Sequence record: SRR20825019_1399
Direction: 5' to 3' (one strand)
Length of the DNA: 46,519 nt
Shown: positions 19,693-27,271 of the stretch, in pieces
How positions within the stretch are numbered: position 1 is the first letter of the stretch
How the letters are laid out: each line of letters begins with the position of its first letter
Notes under the pieces: model-generated
Seen by the model: the letters and a program-made list of their open reading frames with translations, nothing else
The model's database searches: none
What the model was told of the DNA's origin: nothing
Position numbers and translations under genes: made by a program

Positions 19693-19718
19693 GCGGCGCG
19701 CCCTAAAGAGCGCGCCGC
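19693..19718 (-). terminator. Stem-loop, probable terminator of the MBL hydrolase gene
   Basis: GCGGCGCGC-8nt-GCGCGCCGC, followed by TTCTT on the minus strand. Confidence 0.6.
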
Positions 19719-19745
19719 ACTTTCCACGTATGATCCTCATAACGC

Positions 19746-20735
19746 CTAGAGATTCAGCTGATAACTTGCCGGCACCCAGCGATAGGCAGCCCCGTGCCGC
19801 TCCACATAACCAACAGCCGGAAACGGCATGTGATATCCCGTGGCGGGGATCCGGTCGGCAGCAACCATATCCAGCAAACGCTTGCGGGTTGCCGCTGCCC
19901 CTTCCTTGTCCATGTCGAAGCGCACATGCCAGTCGGGCCGCTGCAAGGAAGCGACATAATGGTTCGTGGTATCGGCCCAGGCCAGCAAACGCCGGCCTTC
20001 GCTTTCGAAATGATAGGCCATGTGCCCCGGCGTGTGTCCCGGCGCACCCACTGCCTGGATACCGGTCACGACATCCTCTCCCGGCTTCAGAAACGTCATC
20101 TTCTCCGCGAACGGGACAACGTTGCTTTGCACCAGCTTGCCGACCCTTGCGAGATTGCCTTCGGCCATTTCAGGCGGAGACCAGAAATCATATTCCGTCG
20201 CGCCCGTCACATAGCGGGCATTCGGGAACAGCGCGCCCCCGCCTTCCATGAGGCCGCCGATATGGTCCGGATGAAAATGCGTGAGCACGACAATGTCGAT
20301 TTGATCCGGTGTAAATCCGGCCCGGCCAAGGGCCTCCGCGAGATGTCCGGCATTCGGCCGGCGGCCATTACCGTTCCCGGAGTCGAACATGATCACTTCC
20401 CTGCCGGTATTCACGATAACCGGCGTGAAAGAGATCTCCATGCGGCTTCCCGGCAGGTGGTTTTCCTCTGCCAGCTCGGCCACATCTTCCTGTGTCTGAT
20501 TTTCCCCGAAAATCGGGTGCGGGCCGTCAAGCTGGATGGCCCCGTCCCAGATCGTGGTTACCTCGAAGCCACCAAGTTTGAAGCGGTAGTGGGACGGGTG
20601 TGAAGTGCCCTGCATCGGGGCTGCCGCCTCAACGACGGATGGCAGGCTGGAGAGCACGGCCGGAGCCGCCAGTGTTCCGGCGGCAGCGAACATCGCTTCC
20701 CGTCGGGTCAGTGCTTTTAAACGATTGGTCATCAT
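19746..20735 (-). CDS. Tat-exported metallo-beta-lactamase-fold hydrolase (MPH/AHL-lactonase-like)
   Basis: Twin-arginine signal LTRREAM; HFHPDH, GHTPGH, GYHMPFP. GGAGG RBS before ATG 20735. Confidence 0.9.
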   Translation of the reverse strand: MMTNRLKALTRREAMFAAAGTLAAPAVLSSLPSVVEAAAPMQGTSHPSHYRFKLGGFEVTTIWDGAIQLDGPHPIFGENQTQEDVAELAEENHLPGSRMEISFTPVIVNTGREVIMFDSGNGNGRRPNAGHLAEALGRAGFTPDQIDIVVLTHFHPDHIGGLMEGGGALFPNARYVTGATEYDFWSPPEMAEGNLARVGKLVQSNVVPFAEKMTFLKPGEDVVTGIQAVGAPGHTPGHMAYHFESEGRRLLAWADTTNHYVASLQRPDWHVRFDMDKEGAAATRKRLLDMVAADRIPATGYHMPFPAVGYVERHGAAYRWVPASYQLNL

Positions 20736-20957
20736 GGTCCTCCCTCGACCGAACGAAATCAATCCTCTGGAGGTAGCGCAGACCGCCGCGCAGAAAAGGA
20801 GGAGATCGCGAGAAAAACGGCCTGCTCACAAAACCCTGAACCACCCATCCCGCGCCACGTCCCCGGAAACATGTCACGCAGAGCTTAAACAGGATGGAAT
20901 TTCCAAAGGTTAAGGGTACAAAAGCCGTGCGGAAAAGACCGCGAGGGAGGAAAAGGA

Positions 20958-21752
20958 ATGGCATTCTTCAAAGCTGGATCACGAACATTTCACTATTCCG
21001 ACAGGACAGTTGGAACGGGCCCGACACTTGTTCTCGCCAACTCTCTCGGTACAGACTTCCGGATCTGGGATCCGCTGCTGCCGAAGCTGAAAGGGATCGG
21101 ACGCATTGTCCGCTACGACAAGCGCGGCCACGGCCTGACGGATGTCAGCGAGCCTCCCTATTCCATTCAGGACCTGAGCGCCGATCTGAAGATCATCACC
21201 GATCACGCAGGGCTGGATCGCTTCCTGCTCGGCGGTGTCTCCATTGGCGGCATGATTGCCCAGGACTATGCAGCCCGGCATCCGGAACAGGTCGACGCCC
21301 TCGTCTGCATGGATACCGCACCTAAAATCGGGGAAGCCGCTCTCTGGCAGGACCGCATCGATGCAATCTCCACGAACGGGCTGGAAAGTATCGCGGACGG
21401 TGTCATGGAGCGCTGGTTCTCCGCAGCTTTCCGGAAGAATAATCCGGCCGCCACGGCGGGATGGCGCAATCTGCTCGCCCGGACGACCCAGGACGGCTAT
21501 CTCGGCTGCTGCGCGGCGATCCGTGACGCGGACCTGACCGAGGCAACGCTTTCCCTGACAGTACCGACGTTGGTCCTGTGCGGCGCTGAAGACGGCGCAA
21601 CGCCACCAGCACTCGTCAGGGCCATGGCCGATGCCATGAAAAACGCATCCTATGTCGAAGTCCCGGACGCGGGCCATATTCCAAGCCTTGAGCAACCGGA
21701 TTTTCTGGCCGATGCCATGATCAGTTTCTTCAAGGCAAACGGGTTTGTCTGA
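20958..21752 (+). CDS. pcaD: 3-oxoadipate enol-lactonase
   Basis: NSLGTDFRIWD, RYDKRGHG, GVSIGG nucleophile elbow, MERWFS, EDGATPP, AGHIPSLEQP. Confidence 0.85.
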   Translation: MAFFKAGSRTFHYSDRTVGTGPTLVLANSLGTDFRIWDPLLPKLKGIGRIVRYDKRGHGLTDVSEPPYSIQDLSADLKIITDHAGLDRFLLGGVSIGGMIAQDYAARHPEQVDALVCMDTAPKIGEAALWQDRIDAISTNGLESIADGVMERWFSAAFRKNNPAATAGWRNLLARTTQDGYLGCCAAIRDADLTEATLSLTVPTLVLCGAEDGATPPALVRAMADAMKNASYVEVPDAGHIPSLEQPDFLADAMISFFKANGFV

Positions 21753-21798
21753 TTTTCAACACAAGCCCGCTTAACGGGGAACAGGATCATCAGCAAAG

Positions 21799-21826
21799 AA
21801 AAGGACGGCCGCATGGCCGTCCTTTT
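21799..21826. terminator. Bidirectional rho-independent terminator between convergent pcaD and tctA
   Basis: AAAAGGACGGCC-GCAT-GGCCGTCCTTTT, with A/T tracts on both sides. Confidence 0.85.
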
Positions 21827-21848
21827 TGTTTTCGCATGACTGCTTCCG

Positions 21849-23366
21849 TTACCCCTGTGCGTTGGCAGCCTGCTTGCGTTTTTTCCGGATGACCTGGACC
21901 AGAGGTAGCAAGAGCAGGATGACCGCAATGATCGTGATCGGCCCGGCGATCGGCCGCGTGAAGAACACGCTGGGGTCACCGCCCGAAATGATCATGCTCT
22001 GCCGCAACGCAGGCTCGGCAATCGGGCCAAGCACGATAGCGAGCACCGCCGGGGCCAGCGGATAATCGAGTTTGCGGAGCATGTAGGCGCCAAAGCCGAA
22101 GATCACCATGAGCCAGACATCATGCATGTCTTCTGTCGGCGCATACCCGCCAACCAGACAAAGCACGAAAATGACTGGCGCCAAAATCGTGAACGGCATC
22201 TTCAACACCCAGAGGAAAACCGGGATGAAGAGGATGTTGATGATCACCGCGAAGAAATTCGCGGCATAAAGGCTGGCCGTCAGGCCCCATACGAAGTCTG
22301 ACTGCTCAAGGAACATCAGCGGGCCAGGTACCAGCCCCCAGATCACCATGCCGCCGAGCAGAATAGCCGTCGTCGGCGAGCCCGGAATGCCGAGTGTCAG
22401 CATGGGCAGCATCGCACCGGTCGAGGCGGCATTATTCGCCGCTTCGGGAGCAATCACGCCACCGATTTCACCCTTGCCGTACCCATCCGGGTTTTTCGAC
22501 GTCATCTTCGAAATGCCGTAGGCCATCAAGGAGCCCGGCGTAGCCCCTGCTGCCGGCAGGATACCCACGAAGAATCCCAGCAGGGAGCCGATCCAGGCCG
22601 GCTTCCAGTCCATCGCGACTTCTTTCATGTGCGACAGGGTGCGGGACATCGAGACTTCGACTTTCGACATCGTCGGATTGCCGCGTGTCGAGTCAATGGT
22701 CCAGAGCATCTCGCCGATGCCGTACACCCCGATCGCCAGCACCAGGAAGTTGATGCCGTGCAGGAAGCCGGTGATATCGAAGAATACCAGCCGCGGCGTA
22801 CCGCTGATGATGTCCATGCCAACCGCGCTGAACACCAGGCCGATACAGATAGAGAAGATGGTCTTCGCGATATCGTCGCCGCCGAGACCCACAAAGGTCG
22901 CGAAGGCCAGCAACATCAGGGCGAAGATCTCCTGATCGCCGAAATCAAGTGCGACGCTGGCAAGGGCCGGTGCGAAACCGGTGAACAGGATGATCGAGAT
23001 CGTCCCACCGAAGAAGGATGCCATTGCCGCCGCGATGAGCGCCTTGTCCGCGAGGCCTTTCAGTGCCAGTGGCCGGCCGTCGAAAGTGGTCGCCACCGCA
23101 GTCGATGCCCCGGGTATCCCGAGCATGATCGAACTGATCGCTCCGCCATACATGGCGCCGTAATAGATCGCGGCCAAAAAGATGATGGCGGAGGTCGGCG
23201 GCACGAGAAAGGTGAGCGGCAGCAGGATCGCCACGCCGTTCACCGACCCGAGGCCCGGCATCGCGCCAATGAACAGTCCAACCGTCACACCGATGATGAC
23301 CAGACCGAGATTGAGCGGCTCGAATGCGATCAGAAAGCCGTCCAGAAGATGCTGAATGATTTCCAT
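21849..23366 (-). CDS. tctA: Tripartite tricarboxylate transporter large permease TctA
   Basis: GAMPGLG, YYGAMYGGAISSI..GIPG, APEAANNAA, PMLTLGIPGSPTTA. Confidence 0.95.
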   Translation of the reverse strand: MEIIQHLLDGFLIAFEPLNLGLVIIGVTVGLFIGAMPGLGSVNGVAILLPLTFLVPPTSAIIFLAAIYYGAMYGGAISSIMLGIPGASTAVATTFDGRPLALKGLADKALIAAAMASFFGGTISIILFTGFAPALASVALDFGDQEIFALMLLAFATFVGLGGDDIAKTIFSICIGLVFSAVGMDIISGTPRLVFFDITGFLHGINFLVLAIGVYGIGEMLWTIDSTRGNPTMSKVEVSMSRTLSHMKEVAMDWKPAWIGSLLGFFVGILPAAGATPGSLMAYGISKMTSKNPDGYGKGEIGGVIAPEAANNAASTGAMLPMLTLGIPGSPTTAILLGGMVIWGLVPGPLMFLEQSDFVWGLTASLYAANFFAVIINILFIPVFLWVLKMPFTILAPVIFVLCLVGGYAPTEDMHDVWLMVIFGFGAYMLRKLDYPLAPAVLAIVLGPIAEPALRQSMIISGGDPSVFFTRPIAGPITIIAVILLLLPLVQVIRKKRKQAANAQG

Positions 23367-23388
23367 AACTTAAATCCCCAGACCGGCG

Positions 23389-23886
23389 CTAAAGGAAGAT
23401 GTCGTAAAGCGGATAGAACAGCGGCTCCAAATATCCTTTGGGCAGCACGATCCGCATGGCGACATCAAAGAAGAAAAAGAGAATGACGGGAGCAGCCACG
23501 GAGATGGACAGCGTCGGCACCCAGCCATGCCGTCCAAGAACCCGCAGGTAGAACAGCATGAATATCGGCACCGCCCCATAGACGCCGATGATATGCACCA
23601 GGGCCACCAGACCGACCACGCTGCCACCAACCAGCAGGAACATCCGGATCGCGTGTGCGTCCATGAACTGATCCTGGGAGCGCGACTGCGGCGTGGCCTT
23701 GCGAACCCAGTTCACAATTGTCCAGACGTTGCAGATCAACATTATCCCGGCCAGCCAGAACGGCCAAGCACCGCCACCGGGACCTTCATGTTTTACCCAG
23801 CCTATCTTCAGCTCGGTACTCTTCCACATCAGATAGATGGAAAATGCTGCCAGCAGGACAGCCGTGACCAATTCCGCGCGACGCAT
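23389..23886 (-). CDS. tctB: Tripartite tricarboxylate transporter small subunit TctB
   Basis: Four TM segments, GPGGGAWPF, LPKG. Lies between tctC and tctA. Confidence 0.9.
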   Translation of the reverse strand: MRRAELVTAVLLAAFSIYLMWKSTELKIGWVKHEGPGGGAWPFWLAGIMLICNVWTIVNWVRKATPQSRSQDQFMDAHAIRMFLLVGGSVVGLVALVHIIGVYGAVPIFMLFYLRVLGRHGWVPTLSISVAAPVILFFFFDVAMRIVLPKGYLEPLFYPLYDIFL

Positions 23887-23950
23887 GTGCGGCGACCTTC
23901 CTTATTCGATCATGAATAGAAAAAGCGACGGGATGCCGGATCCCTAAAAT

Positions 23951-23984
23951 CACACCCCCGGAACGCTCAGGTTCCGGGGGTGTG
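23951..23984 (-). terminator. 14-bp intercistronic hairpin after tctC (mRNA-stabilising or partial terminator)
   Basis: CACACCCCCGGAAC-GCTCAG-GTTCCGGGGGTGTG, followed by ATTTT on the minus strand. Confidence 0.7.
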
Positions 23985-23995
23985 CAGATTGGCGA

Positions 23996-24967
23996 TCAGG
24001 AGGCGCCCATCTTGGCCAGCATCGCGCGATGCGTCTCGTTATTGACCTTCCAGTAATCCTGCAATGCAGCACCACTCAGAAAATCGCCATAAAGACTCTT
24101 GCTCGTGCGGTAATCCTGCCATTCCTTGCTATCAAAAACCTTTTTGAACAGCGCGGTATAGTAGGCCTGTGCGTCCGCCGACATTTCCGGAGCGCCAACG
24201 ACGCTACGTTGCATGTAATAGGCAAAGTCCTGGCCTTTTTCCTTCATGGTCGGAGCGTTCGGGAACTTGTCCAGACGCTCGTTGGTGAAGGCAACCAGCG
24301 GGACAGCAACGCCAGCATTATAGAAACCCTCGATTTCGGAGGGGTTGTTCACGGAGGAATTGATGTGCTTGCCGGCAACCTGCTTGGCTACCGTTCCGCC
24401 GCCCTTGTAAGGAACGTACTTCATTTTCAGATCGAAGTTGGCGTTCAGGAAGTCCGTAATGAGCTGGTCTTCCTGCAATTTACCGGTACCGCCCATGACC
24501 CATTCGTTGCCCACGCTTTTGACGTGATCAACCCACTGGTCGAATGACGTGAGGCCGGAATCCTTGTGTACCCAGAGCAGGAAAGTATCTTCCGCCATCC
24601 GCGCGATCGGTGCGAATTTCATGGAGTCCACACCAAGACCCGGCTGACGCATCGGCGTCGTATAGAAACTGTTCAGGGTCACCATGATGGTGTGATCCTG
24701 ATCCTTCGCATTCTGGACATGAACCAGCGCTTCAGCGCCGGAGCCGCCCGGCTTGTTGATCGGGATCAGCGGCTTGGAAGCCATCTTGTGCTTTTCGACG
24801 ATTGTCTGCATCAGGCGGGCCATCTTGTCCGCGCCACCGCCCTTGCCGGCCATGATGATGAAGTCGATCGGCTTTACAGGTTCAAACGCTTGCGCCGGTG
24901 CATTTACGGCGAGTCCGAGACCAGCGACAATCGCCAGCCCCATAAGACTACGTCTTGAGATTTTCAT
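23996..24967 (-). CDS. tctC: TTT substrate-binding protein TctC (Bug family)
   Basis: GGGADKMAR, NKPGGSGA, YVPYKGGG, PTMKEKG. Signal peptide MKISRRSL. GGAGGAG RBS before ATG 24967. Confidence 0.92.
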   Translation of the reverse strand: MKISRRSLMGLAIVAGLGLAVNAPAQAFEPVKPIDFIIMAGKGGGADKMARLMQTIVEKHKMASKPLIPINKPGGSGAEALVHVQNAKDQDHTIMVTLNSFYTTPMRQPGLGVDSMKFAPIARMAEDTFLLWVHKDSGLTSFDQWVDHVKSVGNEWVMGGTGKLQEDQLITDFLNANFDLKMKYVPYKGGGTVAKQVAGKHINSSVNNPSEIEGFYNAGVAVPLVAFTNERLDKFPNAPTMKEKGQDFAYYMQRSVVGAPEMSADAQAYYTALFKKVFDSKEWQDYRTSKSLYGDFLSGAALQDYWKVNNETHRAMLAKMGAS

Positions 24968-25078
24968 TGAACTCCTCCCTATGTTGTTTCCGGACAAATT
25001 TATTTTTTTCTTTTTGCCCGTCGCCAAATCGTAGTCCTGCTTTTTGGTGAGGACCAACAACTTTTCATGGCATGGAAA

Positions 25079-25252
25079 TGGTATACCAAGCCCAAGTATC
25101 TTGTATACCAGTTTCTCCAGAGCTGCTGTCAGCCATTACACGTCATGCGGACGAGCACGCAAAAAACGCCGCGGAAATATTCAATGTTTTCGGTCTAATG
25201 GCTGTCTCCAGCTCTCGACAGCGGGGTCACACGAGATTATGGTATACAAGAT
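25079..25252. promoter_or_regulatory. Three T(G/T)GTATAC(C/A)A palindromic operators (GntR/FadR-type) in the tctC/fdh divergent spacer
   Basis: TGGTATACCA 25079-25088; ATCTTGTATACCA 25098-25110; TGGTATACAAGAT 25240-25252, an exact 13-bp inverted copy of the second site. Confidence 0.65.
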
Positions 25253-25573
25253 GCCAAGACTAAACAGCCTTCATCAGGGAAACGATCGGAACACACATCA
25301 TCTAAAAGGTTATTCGATTTATTGGCGACTGCCCGGCGCACAAAGCGCTTCGGGAATGAAATTTGAGTTACAGGACACACGGGGATTGCGGTCGATATAC
25401 GAACGCGCTCCCTGACAAAGAGCGGCGCTCAGAAGCGAATTAATGACGCGCACGAGCGAAGCAAAAGAAGAACAGGCCGATAGCGTTCAACCGGACGCGA
25501 TTGGGAGAAACACCGGGCTCTGCCAAAACGTCCCGGGATATGCCGAGGAAGCAACAAGAAGGCCGTAAAGACC

Positions 25574-27271
25574 ATGAATCAAATGAAAGTCGGGAAAAAG
25601 ATCCATCCCGGTTCGGGCCGACGGAAGGCTCCGGCGCTGCCAAAAGGGCGTTTCCTTGATGGCGATGACCGCGACCGCGTGCGCGATATCCTTGGCGACC
25701 GTCCCCGCCGCCGCGACCTGTTAATTGAACATTTGCACCTGATTCAGGACAGCGAAGGCTGTCTGCCTGCCGGTTTGTTGCACGCGCTTGCCGCCGAAAT
25801 GCGTATTCCCATGTCGGAGATCTACGAAGTCGCGTCCTTCTATGCGCATTTCGACATCGTCCGCGACGGTGAGGAGCGCCCTGCCCCCGTGACGATCAGG
25901 GTCTGTGAATCCCTGAGCTGCGCTCTTTCGGGCGCTGAGCAACTCATCTCTGAGCTTGAAGTCAACGCGGATGCCGACATCCGCGTGCTGCGCGCGCCCT
26001 GCATGGGCCGCTGCGATCTGGCACCGGTTGCCGAAGTCGGGCATCGGCATGTCGATAACGGCACAACGGAAAAGGTGCTTGAGGTCGCCAGAAGCGGCCA
26101 CCTGCATGCACATATCCCGGACTACAAGGCTTTCGACGCCTATCGCCAGGATGGCGGTTATGCCGTGCTGGAAACCTGCACCTCCGGCAAACGCAGCGTC
26201 GAGGACATCATTGAAACCCTGTCCGACGGCGGATTGCGGGGTCTCGGCGGCGCCGGCTTCCCGACCGGGCGAAAATGGAGTTTCGTGCGTGCCGAACAAG
26301 GCCCGCGCCTGATGGCGGTCAATGGCGACGAGGGCGAGCCCGGCACCTTCAAGGACAGGCTGTTTCTTGAAAGCAATCCCCACCAGTTCCTGGAAGGCAT
26401 GCTGATCGGCGCCTGGGTGGTCGAGGCTGAAGAGGTCTATATATATCTACGCGACGAATATCCTGCGGCCCGTGAAATCCTGCTGAAGGAAATCGCAGCG
26501 GTCGAAGCCGCCGGCCTCGCAAAACACACCAAGATCACTCTGCGCCGCGGCGCTGGCGCTTATATCTGCGGCGAAGAATCCGCGATGATTGAATCCATTG
26601 AAGGCAAGCGCGGCCTGCCCCGTCACCGCCCACCCTATGTCTCGGTCAACGGCATCTTCGGCCGCCCCACGCTGGTAAACAATATAGAGACGCTCTACTG
26701 GGTGCCGGAGATCCTGAAGAACGGCGCCGCATGGTTCGAGGATCAGGGCAAGAACGGCTGTAAGGGCCTGCGCAGCTATTCCGTTTCCGGGCGAGTGAAG
26801 AACCCGGGCGTGAAGCTGGTACCGGCCGGCACCACCGCGCGCGAGCTGATCGAGGAGCATTCCGGCGGCATGGCCGATGGACACAGCTTCAAGGGCTACC
26901 TGCCCGGCGGCCCTTCAGGCGGTATCCTGCCGAAAGACATGGCCGACATTCCCCTCGATTTCGGCCAGCTTGAGCAGCATGGCTCCTTCGTTGGCTCCCA
27001 TGCCGTTGTCATCCTGTCCGACAAGGACGACATGAAGGACGTGGCCCTCAATCTTCTCAAATTCTTCGAGGATGAAAGCTGCGGCCAGTGCACGCCCTGC
27101 CGTAACGGCACCGAGAAGGCCGTCAAGCTGATGCAGCAGCCGAGCTGGGACACGGGCCTCCTCGAAGAACTCAGCGCGGTCATGGCCGACGCCTCCATCT
27201 GCGGGCTCGGCCAGGCAGCGCCCAACCCGATCCGATCAGTGATGAAATATTTCCCGGGAGACCTGAAATGA
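25574..27271 (+). CDS. NAD-dependent formate dehydrogenase beta/diaphorase subunit (fused NuoE-like + NuoF-like)
   Basis: 2Fe-2S ligands CESLSC...CMGRC; FMN/NAD motifs GLRGLGGAGFPTG, NGDEGEPGTFKDR, GAYICGEESA; 4Fe-4S motif ESCGQCTPC...C. Confidence 0.92.
   Translation: MNQMKVGKKIHPGSGRRKAPALPKGRFLDGDDRDRVRDILGDRPRRRDLLIEHLHLIQDSEGCLPAGLLHALAAEMRIPMSEIYEVASFYAHFDIVRDGEERPAPVTIRVCESLSCALSGAEQLISELEVNADADIRVLRAPCMGRCDLAPVAEVGHRHVDNGTTEKVLEVARSGHLHAHIPDYKAFDAYRQDGGYAVLETCTSGKRSVEDIIETLSDGGLRGLGGAGFPTGRKWSFVRAEQGPRLMAVNGDEGEPGTFKDRLFLESNPHQFLEGMLIGAWVVEAEEVYIYLRDEYPAAREILLKEIAAVEAAGLAKHTKITLRRGAGAYICGEESAMIESIEGKRGLPRHRPPYVSVNGIFGRPTLVNNIETLYWVPEILKNGAAWFEDQGKNGCKGLRSYSVSGRVKNPGVKLVPAGTTARELIEEHSGGMADGHSFKGYLPGGPSGGILPKDMADIPLDFGQLEQHGSFVGSHAVVILSDKDDMKDVALNLLKFFEDESCGQCTPCRNGTEKAVKLMQQPSWDTGLLEELSAVMADASICGLGQAAPNPIRSVMKYFPGDLK

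Noticed and set aside
24940..24967. Twin-arginine-like SRRSL in the TctC signal peptide
   Set aside because: RR-containing signals are common in Bug/TctC proteins, so this is not unusual.
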